Source: Pelomyxa schiedti (taxonomy: Eukaryota; Protista; Evosea). From it: a stretch of 64,000 nt of DNA. The position numbers and the translations under genes are program-made. The stretch covers positions 32,242 through 96,241 of the forward strand of contig JAHLWZ010000829.1 in NCBI GenBank assembly GCA_020536535.1. Reading direction: 5' to 3'. This document shows, one piece after another, positions 1 to 13,400 of this stretch (positions are counted from its first letter, which is position 1; each line of letters begins with the position of its first letter). Under the pieces are notes generated by a model. That model did no database searches. It was given only the letters and a program-made list of their open reading frames with translations, and was not told the origin of the DNA.

Positions 1-691
1 TCGCGAGTCCGTTCGGCCGCAGGTGGTTATTGTTCTTCCTAGGAATTAACGAAAGTTCGCTTTTTTTCGTACCCCTTTCACATGTTGACATCTCCGGTAT
101 CCTTCCAGGGAACACACAACCCGAAAAGGGTTCTTAGTCGATGACGAAAGTCAGCAACAACTTTATGGTTTAGTGGTCCATGTTAGGGGTCGTCGTCAAC
201 ACCAAGAAGCAATAAGAAAAGAATCGTCGAAAGCAAGCAATGTGCCGTGTTCGGCGGTTCACCAGCCTCCTCCTCCCATACTGGCGTGCTGCCCCGCGCA
301 CAAGAGAGAACGACGCACACACGAAACACCGAAACACACCCGTCTTGCCGTAAAGGAAAAAAAAAGAAATTGGGCACAAGTGAGGGATAAAAAAAAGATT
401 GTTCTCTTCACAATTACATCCCATGTCACCAAGCCCTGCAACAAACAAAAACCAACCCAGAATTCTCTTGTGAGCCATAGATGGACCAAAACTGTTAGTA
501 CCAGGGGTTGGCATCTGTTATAATGGGTGCCAACACACAACACACTCATCTGTTGTTATTATTTATTTTGTGTGTGATTGCATCCGTTATAGTGGGTGTA
601 ACCATCTTGAATAAATATGGGAAAGAAAAAACAAAGAAAAAAAAGAAAGAAAAAACCTACCAGAAGAGCCAAAGCAGGTTCCACGTCGTCC

Positions 692-1118
692 ATGGCGGCA
701 GCACCATCCCCATCGTCGTCTAGTTCCCTTTGTTGTTCGTGTATTTTTGGTTGTGGCTTCTCCGCATCGGACCTGAATGCCTAGGCATTTAGAGGAAGGA
801 AAAATTGACGTGGCGGTTATTTTCCTGCAGTTGCTCCCAAGAATAGACACTGGATATTGATCGGTCTGCTCTAGTTTCTTGGTCAGACCAGTGCTCCCAG
901 AGGAGAGTTTTTGGGATTTGCCCAACCTCTGAGAGCCCGTTGGATGAGAAATAGCCCTCAGGAAGACCTCACCTGAACCAGTCAGATGATCAAATCACAT
1001 CAATTCTTTGCAGGACATTCTTCATCCTAATCCGTGCGGGAGCCCGCGTCCTATCCTAATCTCGAGTAATCTTCCAGCAGAACCATTCAAATTTCATGAA
1101 GTCATTATTGAATTGTGA
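692..1118 (+). CDS. Possible small hypothetical protein (~80 aa, 5 exons)
   Basis: An open frame can be built with four GT-AG introns of 33-48 nt, ending DILHPNPCGSPRPILISSNLPAEPFKFHEVIIEL*. Donors are weak and no family was recognised. Confidence 0.3.
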
Positions 1119-1264
1119 TTTATGAAGAAAGAAGGGTTTTTCTCCCCCAAATTCTTTGTTATTTTTTTATTTTGGTTATCACCAAAAAAAACAACTCAGA
1201 GAACACCCCACTATTTCCATACGTTCACAGGTGGCACCACAATACGTTGTCCAAGCAAGAGTCC

Positions 1265-2578
1265 TTATGATGACTTTTCCTTTGGAACAATGTTCTTGGC
1301 TTGGAGTTCCTTGTCGGATGTGTTGACAGCGGCGTGGAGTGTTGGCTTGGCCGAAACTCTGTAGGCACCGACAACAACAGCGTGATCTCTCTCGTAGGGC
1401 TCCAGTGAGATTTGTTCCAGTGGTTTGAATTGCTCTTGTTGGAGTTTCTTCACCTCATTGGCAAATACCAAATCAGCTGGGGCAGTAGAGTCGATGCAAT
1501 TGGCCTGGGTGTATGGTCACGTGCAAAGCCAATTAAAACAGGAACACCAACCTTGATGGAGATGATGAAATGTCCACCGTTCTTCAAGAAGTTGTGGGCG
1601 TTAATAGCAAGGATACGAGCTTGGTCGGGTTGGGCTACATCCTCAAAGATGCAATCAACCATGTCAACCAACATGCGGTACTAAACACTCTTGAGTTTGA
1701 AGAAAAACAACCAAAAAAAAAACCTTGTGTGGATGGCGGGCATCCTCAATGATGGGGATAATGTTGGTTCTCTTCTTGGCTACATTGATAAGATCTCGGC
1801 CTGATCTGTGAGAGAATTCGACGGCATAAACTACTCCGGTCTAGTATTACGTAAGGCGTTAAAAGGTAGAGGCAAGGTGTATCATACCGGACCAACAATA
1901 TCTGACACGTGGCTTACAGTTGTTCCGGAGGCAGCACCAAGGTAAAGTACCTTGGAGCCGATGGTGACCCATGTATTATCAATACCACCAATAATGGCAG
2001 CAGCTAACTTGGATCGGAAGGGATTCCAGACTCTGTATTCCTTCTTCTCTCCATTCTACATAAAGTGAGATTACTGTTTGTACAGAAAGCATAAGACAAC
2101 ACGACACAAAACCCCCGACAAAAACAAAAACAAAAACGAAATCGAAAAGCACCTCCTCGACGGCAATACGCTTCTCTCCATAGACTGACTCCCCAGGGAC
2201 AAGGTTGAGCGTGACGAGGTTGTCTTCCTTCCCCTTGGCGATGTAAATTCCCTCGTGCCTGTGCTTTACAATCACCACCTTCAAACCGCCGCCGCCCCTC
2301 CCTCCCCTGCCCCCGCGGCCACCTCTTCCGCCGCGGCCGCCGCCTCCTCGCCCGCCTCCGCGTCCTCCCCTCCCTCCGCGGTCACCGCCGCCTCCTCTGC
2401 CGCCAAATCCTCCCCTGCCGCCGCCAAATCCTCCTCTGCCGCCGCGAGGTGCTCCGCGTCCTGTGAAAAAGGGAAAAAAAGGGGGGGAAAAAAACCGACG
2501 TAAGTGAGGGCGAACAGCGTGGATGGTGTGTGGGTGTATGCGTGGCTGCAACCCGGAAAGACGACACTCACCGCTCAT
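1265..2578 (-). CDS. NOP1: Fibrillarin (rRNA 2'-O-methyltransferase, box C/D snoRNP)
   Basis: N-terminal RGG/GAR repeat. Motifs [56 protein letters not shown] and [13 protein letters not shown]. First coding exon is ATGAGCG (2578-2572). Confidence 0.97.
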
Positions 2579-2990
2579 CTCTTGCGTGTAGCTTTATCTG
2601 ATCTGCGTGGGATTGAAAACTTAATGATTATTTCTCGCTTTGCCGAGAGCCCTCAATTTGCCGCACGTCAGCAACTGCACAATTGCAAAGTAATAGATCT
2701 TGCTGGAGTTCTGTGTGGTCTTTCCATCCCAGCAGCTCTGGAAGAGGGTGAGCTGAGAGGTACATCATGCATCCTGAGGTTCTCTCAAGCAATCGTTCTC
2801 AGAGCAGCATCAGTCTCCTTTCATCAGTTACCGAAAACATCATTCCGAAAAACTCTTCTCGGATACGCTTTGAGAAATCGAGAGTTCGCCTCGCGTTTGG
2901 CCAACAATCAACAGGCCAGGGCGAAAAAGAAAGAAAAAAAAAAGAAGTCTCAGTCTCCCTTTGGCTCCCATTGACTGAGGAGGAAGCACA

Positions 2991-5900
2991 ATGTTCGGAC
3001 AGGAGGAAGACCCCGTGGGTGAAGTTTGGAGTTGGGGTTCAAACGTGACCTTCTCAACCGGCCATTTCGAGGTTGACAATGCCGGGGAATTGCTGCCAGA
3101 ACAGGTTGGTGCCGCCTCACTTGTTTCTAAACAAAAAAAGAGTTTCTAAAGCACAGCCTGGTTTTGTTTTGGTTTTGCTTTGTTTTTTTAGAGGAAATTA
3201 TACAGTACACCAAGGTATGTTACCAGTTTGGAAGGGGACTCTATTATAATGGTTGCATGTGGCCAAGGTAACAGCTCAATTTGATTGTATGATCCCACTT
3301 TTAAAACCCAAAAGGCCACACTATGGCACTAACCACTGGTCTTCAACTTTGGGCATGGGGGAAAAATGATTTTGGGCAACTTGGTCTTGGTGACAAGGCA
3401 TCCTGCTCTTTGATGTTCTAATTGTAGTTTTAACTTTAACTCAAACACACACAAAAAAAGAGACTACAAATTGTCCCCAGACGAGTTACATCTCTCACAG
3501 AACAAATTTCTATGGCGGCATGTGGCTTGAACCACACAATTGCACTTACCACAACAGGCAATGTGTATACCTGGGGTGAAGGTCGTTTTGGTCGATTGGG
3601 TCATGGACCCACAATGTTGGATGACCTACCATCACCACTTCAGGTAGCTTCCTTGCCAGCTGCAAAAGGAGTATTTGCTGGAGGCAACCAGACAGCAATT
3701 ATTACGGAAGATGGAACGCTTTTCACGTGGGGGTGGAATGGAAATGGGTAATGGCCCTTCACCAGTGTAACCCATCTTAATTTGTATCAGGCAACTAGGA
3801 TTGGGGTAGGACTCTGTTTCATTTGTTAAAACGTAAACATAACTTTTATGAGAAAGAATGCACGTCACCTCATAGATTCACAATTATTTTTTTCTAGGTT
3901 TACAAATGACATCCTTTCTGGTGTACCTATACCAACTCAAGTCGGTGAAACAAACCGGCGTCTAATTGACTACATTGATCGGCACGCTATCCGAGAAGGT
4001 GAAGGTATGCAAAAATAGCTTTTAGCATTGAAACCTTTATCACTGACAATAGCAACCCGCCTTCACTAGTATCTCGAATTGGAAATCAATGGGAACTTCT
4101 AATTAGTACTGTTCGCTCTACTCTTTTGGGGCTCCAAGATAGAGCTGCACGGGAGCTCAGTAGACTTTTTCAAAGGACTGACAATGCAGTAAAGGAAGAA
4201 CAAATCAAGTTAATTCAAGATGTTGCAAAGAATGGTGGTCGTGACGAGTCAACATCACGGTTGCTTGAACTTTTGGTTCAGGCTTTCCATGAGCTTGACT
4301 TGTACAAACTTGTAGAGAGTGAAGGTCGGGGGACTGATGTATGAGCCTGGGAGTTTTGCTCTTCCCTAATTTTGCTCAGACAGCATTTGTAAAAATAGCC
4401 ATTGGTGAAAGACACATGGTTGGTATTACACCAGAGAAAAAATTATACACTTGGGGTGAGTTGCTCTTTCGCCGTTCTTTACAATGACTTACATGACAAA
4501 GGCTGCAACGGCCATGGGCAACTAGGAAGACTTACTGAGGGCAACCGAGATTCATTGAAACCAGCCCAAATAGAGAACTTTCCTGAAGTTACTGATGTGC
4601 GATTAAATGCTCTTTTGCCAGCAACCCATATGCATTAGGTGTCGTGTGGAATGGCACACACTGTTGCCATTTCTAATGGCGTTGTTTTTTCTTGGGGACA
4701 CAAAGAAGCTGGTAGGCTTGGGTATGCTCTTCAGGCACTTTCTTTCAGTACTCATGCAACCTCAATCAGCTACGATATAACAAGCATAACTGATGAGAGA
4801 AAACCTCGGCAAGTCCCTGGGGTTACGGGCGCCGCCATTCAAGTTAGCTGTGGAGAGCATCACACAGCTGTTTTATGTGAGGATCATACCGTCATGACGT
4901 GGTTGGTCGCTTGTCCCATTCTTTTTTGAAACTAACACCCCAAATTAAGGGGTTTTAATAACTCTGGCCAGTGCGGGTATACCATCTTCAAACTATTTTC
5001 AACTTTCATTAACATTCACAGGTACACAGTAGCCGCTGAAGAGGAATCAAGACCAGTTGGCCATCCTCCCACCACAATCGCCAGATTTTCTGGAATATCT
5101 TTCTTGAGCTCAGGTTGTGCGCATATCGTGACAATTGTCCACACCTCCGATACCTTCTGCCAGTTATGCAGAGATGGTGATTTAAAGGTAGCAACTCTGG
5201 TCCTTATGGCCTTCATTGAATCTGTTGTCTAGGCAATTAAAGAACGAGTACATAATGGCACTCAGCCAGCCCACGAGGTTGACAGAAGAGGAAGAACAGG
5301 TTCGAGGGTAGTTCCCTCAGGACCCTTCTAAGTGACTACGTTACCACTAGGGTTCTTCTATGCAATTGAATTTGGGAGGATGCCCGTTATCAATTATTTA
5401 CTTGATGTTGGCTGCCAAGTAGACCCCACTGACAAGGAAGGATTCACCCCACTCCATATCGCACTTACTTCTGGGCAAAAAGATTGTGTCAAGTATAATT
5501 TCTCATTTTTATCCCTCTGCCTGACTTTTCTCCAAAGGCTTCTTCTATCTCGTAAATGCAATTTGAAGAAGAAGACTATTCGTGATGGTCATACCCCACT
5601 TCACATTGCAGCCATATCTAAGAACGTGGACATGGTTCAGTTACTGGTGATTAATGGATCGCCTCTTGACATTGTAGATTCAAGTGGCAAAACTGCTCTT
5701 GATTACTTGGATCCAAACACTGCTCAAAATATACGAAGTCTCATAGGGAGGTGCGACATTGCCGTACTGTGTGCCCCACAAGAGCAAACCTTTGCTCAAA
5801 AGTTGGCGACAAGCATAAGAAACTATGACCTGAGTGTCTGGGCCGATGATACTCCTGCCAAAGAGGTTATGGGTGGCGAGGATTCTGTCTTGTACACAAG

Positions 5901-7079
5901 TATTATGCACAGGCTAACCAATTCTCGTGCTGTTGTCTGGGTATTACATGCTCATCAAATATGATACAATTCCAATATAAACTAGATTGTATCAAGAAAT
6001 TCCTTGAATTCTGAGAGAGCCAAGACTCAACTGTTTCTTGCCAAGCAACTGGAAAAGCCACTATTTCCAATCTGGTTTGATGTTGTTACAGACCTCCCTG
6101 GTGATGTAGAACAGATTATTTACCGAACACAATTAGTCGATTTCTCACCCGCCGTAAGTTTCGCTCTCATTCCACTCTTTTTCATAAGTAACAGGCAACC
6201 TATCAAGAAAGTGTTGTGAAACTAGTTCATGGTCTTCAATTAGCATTAGAAGGAAGGAGCGCACTCCAACAGGAATCATCTGACGAACCAACCTTGAGTG
6301 AAGCTGAAATGGAGCAACAAAAATCCAAAATGGCTACCTTCATGACTGGTAACAGCCCAAAAATCCATCATGGCATTTGCAGTTTATTTTTATTTTTTCA
6401 AACCAGAATCTCAGAAACGACCGTACCTCTTCGTGTGCTTCCATTGGTCTGATCGACGTGATGTCAATGAATTGCAAAACGCACTTGAAACACACAACTG
6501 GCTTTGCTATCCTGGCTACAACAAAGTTCATACAACACAGGTACCTCTCTCGTGACCTGGATATATGTGGAACCCACAATTTAAATCATAGGAATCCTCT
6601 GATCTCCTACTTAATGCCTCGGCCTGCCTTTTCTGTCTTTCGCAGACGTCCTGCAGTAACGCGCTTGTACGAGAACAAACAGGTTTCGCCGAAAACCACG
6701 GTGTACCTCTGGTAAGTGTCCCACAATTCACTAGATACTAAGTTCGTTCCGGCAATCTAAATAGTTTCCTGTCCAACTGGGAACCTCTCTGAGACTTGAT
6801 CCCGCTATGCAATATTCACTAGCCCGCGCTCCATCATTTTTCTTCAATGGCCCACACAAAAAAGCGGCAGTGGACCAATTGCTCCACTCACTGAATCTCA
6901 GCATGTACGTGCGCAGCAGAGAGCTGGAGGAGGTTTCCCTGAGAAAACAGATAAAAAAGGTCACAGAGGATACAGCTTCCGAGAAACTGCATTTAGCACA
7001 ACTGAGAGAAATTTTGGCAGAAATGGAAAGAAAGGCTGCAGAACAAAAGAAAGCTGGTGGGGGTGGTGGCTCTGTGTAA
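2991..7079 (+). CDS. RCC1-repeat + ankyrin-repeat + tandem TIR-like domain + coiled-coil protein (TirA-like)
   Basis: RCC1 repeats (VWSWGSN, WAWGKNDFGQLGLG, ACGLNHTIALT..VYTWGEGRFGRLGHG, VSCGEHHT). Ankyrins (DKEGFTPLHIA, DGHTPLHIAA). TIR-like 1 at ~5755-6170 (FAQKLATSIRNYDLSVWAD..IVSRNSLNSERAKTQLFLAKQLEKPLFPIW). TIR-like 2 at ~6415-6840 (YLFVCFHWSDRRDVNELQNAL..FCLSQTSCSNALVREQTGFAENHGVPLFPV). Confidence 0.85.
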
Positions 7080-7250
7080 AAACAAATTAAAAAAAACCCA
7101 AATAAAATGTAACAACATGCCAACATCAAGAATTTTTATTATCCATTTTTGTCAAACGTTCTTTTTTTTGTTGTTTGTTACACCAATCCCCTGCACTCAG
7201 AACGCCAAAGTGTGGAAGGAAAAAAAAATCATAATCCTAAACAAAAAGCA

Positions 7251-8323
7251 ATGGAAAACGAGATCTCAGAGTTAGACAGAGGAAAGGGTTGGTGGGAGAA
7301 GGTCGGGTGCTGGTGCTTTGTGGTCTTGGGTCTGCTTCACGTTTTCTCACCTAGCATTCGTTTGAGAGCTATTGTAAGAGAAAAGATACAAACTCACCTC
7401 TCAATGGATTCGGCACTTACAGCCTGAAAGGTTGCTAATGCTACTTGGCTGGGTAGCCTGTGTGCAGGTACACTGATTCTCCGGGTTGTGTTTGGAAAGG
7501 CCACAGCTAAGGAATCTAGAGTGTGCACCCTTAGCTTTGTGGGAGGGGAAAAAAGGAATTACCTTGCTGAGAGTACAAAGCAACTCGACTGGTTTTTCTA
7601 CGCATACACTCGATCAGCTTTCAGGGTAATGCTGCATGCTTATTCAGCTCCAGCTGGAATTCCGACTTGCTTGCTAACTCTGGGGCTGGGCTCCTTTTTC
7701 TCTAAGTTCAGCCTGTTGCTTACTGGGCACATGCCAGTGAATGTTTTGTAAAAGGGGTGCGGTTGTGGTACTTACACCCTTCTAGGTCAATATCTTATTG
7801 ATGGAATATATTTTCTTGAATATGTTGATGATTGGGTGCGCTTTTACCATACCTGCAACACACTTACTATTGCTTGTGACAGTTCAGGAGGTGACATTTC
7901 TATCACATTGAATCTCTTTAATGACCCGCAGTATTTCACCACATTTCGAACTACAATTCAATGTCTTTTCCATGAGGCTCGACAGAGTCACAACAGCTGG
8001 GTCGAGAACTGGTATGTGTGCATTACTGTGTGTAACTGACAACGTAACAAGGCACGGTGTAGTTCTTTGCTTCCAGCTAGCGTGTGACTGCATAAGCCTC
8101 ACGGTAAACATTATTGGGTGCTTTTGGGTGACCAAGGCAACAGTACGCGCGTGATATTCACGAGTTAGATCGCTTAATGCTCACTGTGCAGATTGCTCGA
8201 TTATACGATATGGACGCAATGTTGCTGCTTAGAGATTTCGCAACCATAGGCTGGTTTTTCTTTCGCGACGCACTGAAGAGCGGAGTAATGTTGAGAGAAC
8301 GACTACAACCAATACAATTATAG
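7251..8323 (+). CDS. Hypothetical protein (~230 aa, multi-exon)
   Basis: Phase-consistent GT-AG exon chain from MENEISELDRGKGWWEK through QYLIDGIYFLEYVDDWVRFYHTC to IARLYDMDAMLLLRDF..PIQL*. No family recognised. Confidence 0.5.
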
Positions 8324-8586
8324 CCGAATGTTCTGAACACAAAAAAACTGGTACTTCGGCCACATGCGTGCGGTCTCCGAATCAGACCCAGGATACGAAC
8401 CCAATACGTTATGTGCCATAAATATGCAGTGGTCTGTGAGAGTGAATTGTGGGTGGGCTCGATCAAGCCCAACGCCGCAGTGTGCGTTCTTACCGTTGAT
8501 GGAAACGAAAAACAACAGCCCCTTTCGCGAATCGTTCGTTTCCGATCTCCCCTCCTGCTTGGACAGTCAGCAAAAATCAAACCAAC

Positions 8587-10341
8587 ATGAGTGACGGCGT
8601 AATCGTACAGCGCAAGAAGTCCAAGGTAACTCACATCCGAGCCCCCACGTTGTATTCGTTCTCCACTACTAGCATCAACAAACACACAACACTCACCTTG
8701 CGGCGTTACAGAACACGAGCAGCAGCAGCCCGACTACTTCCAAGTCCACTGCTACGACTTCCAGCACATCGCCGGCGGCTGCCCCGGCCCCTGCGGCGGG
8801 GAGCCGGTGGCGCACGTGGTGGGTGCGGACGGCAGCCACGCTCGTGATGCTGGGCGTGTTCTTCTTGGTGATTTACGTGGGCCACTTTGCGTGCGTGGCG
8901 CTGATTTTGCTGTGTGAGGCTCTCGTGTTCCAGGAAATCATGAACTTGGCCAACTGCTTAAGGAGACAGCACCTGAACTAGCCGGATTATCATCTGGTAT
9001 GCCTACTTTTCCCCTGAACATATTGTTCATTTTGTGGCCTCCTCAAATGAATGAAGGTATGTGTTTTTTGTGGCACAGTATTTCCTCCTTGGACTTGTTC
9101 TGAAAAGCTACTTTGAAGAGCAGCTGGTTGTGTATCCCGTAATCAACATCTTGTCACACCATCACAATATCATTTGCTTCAGTCTGTACCTTGTTGGCAA
9201 GTTTTATGTCATCCTCCTTTCGCCTTGACAATAATTAGCCTTTGTTTCCTTTGTGATGAGTCTGGAAGCAAAAAAATACAAAGCACAATTTGTCCAGTAT
9301 GGATGGTCACACCTCGTTGTCTTGGCTATCCTCATTCAAGCAAATTTCTGGGTTTACAATGTCTTCCAAGGGCTAATCTGGTAAGCCCATTCATTCCACC
9401 CAAGCGTACTTAAAACTAAAGGCTCATATTGCCTGCATCTTTGATAATATGCAATGATATCTGGGCTTTCATAACTGGGTTCTTCTTTGGACACACTCCT
9501 CTCATTCAGCTCAGCCCAAAGAAAACATGGGAGGGATTTATTGGCGGCTTTGTTGCTACTGTTATACTTGGTTACATATTGAGTGCCTTATTTATACATC
9601 CATGGATGATCTGTCCGAAGACGGCAAATATACATTCCACAATGTATATCTTCTAAACTGTGAACAGGATCTATTCACATGGTCAGTTCAGTGTGAAATG
9701 TCTCCTATATTCTCATTGCACCATTATGCTCTCCCAGCGTTCTTGATTAAGGCCTTTTCATTTGTAAGCCTCTCTTTCTCCTATCCCTAAATTGAAGTAC
9801 TTCAGGTTGGTCTGAACTGGACTCACTTGGTTTGTTATCCCTTCCAACTACATACGTTCCTTATGGCAATTTTCGGGTATGAAAATGCCAACACAGAGTG
9901 CCTCCATTTAATTAAGTCCCAGGTCCCTTGTTGCTCCCTATGGTGGTTTCTTTGCCAGTGGCTTCAAACGCGCTTTCAAAATCAAGGTGACTTATTCATG
10001 TCTCATGCGATCCCTAATGAGTCTCATTTTTTTTTTGTTTTTTTTAACTCAGGACTTTGATGAGAAGATTCCCGGGCACGGCGGTGTTACAGACCGCATG
10101 GATTGCATGTTCCTAATGGGAACATTCTCCTATCTGTATCTGACCACCTTCATTCTGACTCCAGACACAGTGATGACAGTGTTCTCCAAAGTATTATTCC
10201 CGTTCCTGTTACAATTCAGGCACTTCTTTTTCTCACCACCGTGCTTTCCTATTATAGGCCATGGCACTCGGAGACGTTGAGCAAGTTCAGCTTTACGAAA
10301 AACTCCACGGTCTTCTTGTTACAAAGGGGCTCTTGGCGTAA
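8587..10341 (+). CDS. CDS1: Phosphatidate cytidylyltransferase (CDP-diacylglycerol synthase), with an apparent frame break at ~8979
   Basis: [94 protein letters not shown]. Confidence 0.93.
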
Positions 10342-10431
10342 TCCTCACCTCCAACTTGGTACCCCAAGTTAGCATAAGAATGCTTTTAAACAACACGTTC
10401 CTTGCTTTTTCGCCACATTGGGGTGCAGGAG

Positions 10432-13400
10432 ATGAAGGGCGCCGCGTCGAACTTCGCGAATTTGGCTGCGGCACTTGCGCCCGACAGCGAACGAGGTACA
10501 GCACTGCGCGACGCCCTGCGGGTGTTGGGCGGCGACGGTGACGCAACAGCAACTGCGGCCGCTGCGCCCTGCTTGTCGCTGGCCACAGTGTCGAGGTGCC
10601 ACGCCGCCGCGACCAAGTTGGCGCAGGTGGTGACGGCGGCGGCCGAGGCGCCGGAGAGGCCCGTGCCGGTTACCTTAAGCAAGGCGATTGTGGGAGCGGG
10701 CACGAGGGCACTGTGCATTGAGGCCGTTGCTAACAGCTTGACCCAGGTCCAATTCATTTCAAGGAAAAAGGGTGTGTGGAGGCTACTCTCAAACATTTTT
10801 TTTTTATTTGCTCATTATGTTGATGTGTGACACATGATTAGAATTCACAGAGGAGGTGCTGAGAGAAATGATGAGGTGTTTCGTTGTGAAGTGCGAGTAC
10901 CTGTCAATGCAACTGACAGACTCATGGGATACAATCAAAATCGAGCCCCATGTCTCAGTGGTAAACTAAACAAGAATTTGCTATTGTCATACTTTGGCGA
11001 GGATCGAGACTAACTTGACTCTCATACATACATAAGTGCAGATTCAAAACAAAGCAGAGCACATCAAAGGACTTGTAAACAGGTCCAAGGGACTTGCCTC
11101 TGTCCGAAACAGTGATGGGCACACAGCCCTCCATTTGGCGGCAATAATTGACAGGCCTGATTGCGCCAGAATTTTGGCACAGTTCCCAGTGCCTGTTCAG
11201 GCCACCCGTGGTTCGTTACTTTGCTTATTTTCTGTTCTAACTGATTTAATTCTCTCGTGGTCGTTACATATTTTCATTGAATTGTGTTGACAGACAACAA
11301 CGGGAAGACAGCCGCGATTCTTGCCGCGGAATGTGATTCACTGGAAACATTCTCCACGTTGATGGAAGAAACGATGACGGAGTCAATGATGAACACTGTG
11401 TGACAACTCCCTTATTGCTTATCAAAAAATCCCCTGATCAACGGACCGATCCGAAACAGCTTCTTTGGACTGTTGTCAAGGACTCGAGCACACGATGTTT
11501 CCAGCTCCTGGCCAATGTTCCAAACATCTTTGACACATGGCGAGGAACGCACAATGAAACACTTCTTCACGTGGCTGCACTCTTTGGGTGCAGAATGATG
11601 GTTGATAAGATCATCTCTGCCGGGTGTGTTCATTTTTGCCAATCCCACCAAATTCTCACGCGAACAAACACAGAGTTGACAGGTCAATCTGTGATTCACA
11701 TGGAAACACAGCACTTCATTACGTGTCCAAATCTGGGAATGCAATGTGCCTTGGGAAGGTTCATTTCCATTTCTCATTTGGTTTTATAATCATCGTTTCT
11801 TTGATGCCGCTGATGACAACAAAACAACAGTTGATTGAACATGGGATCAATAAGGACGCACGAAATGACAGTGGAGAGACAGCCATTGTTGTTGCCGTGA
11901 AGGAAAACTCTCACATCACGCGCTTGTTCATTGACAGAGAGGTGGACTTGCTCATCCCTGACAGTGAGTAGTTATAAGTATCCTAATGTAATTATTGTGA
12001 ATTAATATGCTTCTTCTTTCCCTTTCCCTCATCCCCCCTGTTACACAATGATAGATGAAGGGAACACACCACTTTCCGTGGCGATTGGGACAAACAACCT
12101 TCCCGTGGTTCAAGCACTCGTTGGTACTAACAAGATAGATCCTGAGTCCCTTAGGAAAGGGCTTAATCTTGCAGTTGGGATGGGAAACCTTCCAACCGTG
12201 GAGGCTCTTGTCGCATCCAAGGCAACTGATACCAGTATCCTCAGCAGTGGCCTCCTTTCAGCTGTGAAATACTGTGCGTGTGTGCTCACGAAGACTCTGC
12301 CCTTCCAACACACCCTTTCTGCATCCTCATCTGCCCTTCACTCATTCACACAAACCAACCCAAAAAAAAAAAAAAAAACAGGTGGAAGAAGCGATCTGAC
12401 AACAGGATGCTTCCAAAATGGGATTCAAATCATGAAGTTCCTTTCGGCGAGTGGAGGTGATATCAATACAAGGGACCCAGATGGGTTCACTCCCATTTAT
12501 TTAGCTGCCAGTTCTGCCTATACACCCACCCGGTCAGCCCTTGTTTCAGCTGTTCTTGATTTGTATGGCATCCTTCTTCGGTTCTTTCTTTTTCATGATA
12601 GAACAAACCCTACAGAGGAGGAAATCCAAATCAAGCAGCACCCACCGTTGCATCCTCACCACAAAATGCAGAAACACCTTTTATTGCTGTAATGAAACAT
12701 TCCGATCTTGTTTGTAGTGAACTGATCTTGGGAAAAGGAGCAAAATTAACCAAGTAACCAATCATCACTACATTCATCCACCAACACTTTTTCCTCAAAA
12801 AATTTCCTCAGATATGAGGCCAACTATGGACTCTTCTCAGCAATCAGATACTGTATGCCGTCACTGCAATAACTGCTTTTCATAATTGTACAATAGGTAC
12901 TCAAACTACAAGTGCCACCACACCAGAGTTATTTGAGAAATGGTTTCAAATGATGAAGACCATGGTCAACTGTGGTGCAGACATCAATTCAACTGATGAC
13001 AAAGGGTGTTCTCCAATTGCCTTGGCTCTGTGCTCTTCAGAGCCCAGGATTGTCTCTGCTGTTCTTGACTTGTATGTCTGTTTTATTCAGTCTTTTTTTT
13101 TTTCCTGACCCATCTATTCCGCAAAGTGGTGCGAACCCAAATTTGCCGTCAATTCCAGTCTCCTCGTTTACGAGTGAGTCTCCTCTTATTATGGCTATTA
13201 AGCATAAAAACTCTGTGTTCTGTAATCTGCTCATGGATAAAGGAGCAACACTCAACTCGTATTTTTCACTTTATTCTTCTTCTTCTAACCGAGGAAGAAC
13301 TGAAGCAAACTCCTCTGTCTCTGGGGAAACTATGCTACTACAAGCAATTAGATATCTAAAAAACCCTCGAGTTGTTGCGGAGTTGATTCGGGCTCAAGCC

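Noticed and set aside
1-100. Possible minus-strand gene start (ATG at ~89, intron GTACG..CCTAG) running off the window
   Set aside because: Too little sequence to support a call.
2255-2571. Ala/Ser/Pro-rich and alternative-frame ORFs over the fibrillarin GAR region
   Set aside because: Shadow ORFs of GC-rich repetitive coding sequence. The same applies at 10386-10796, 15902-16303, 33693-34462 and 51764-52404.
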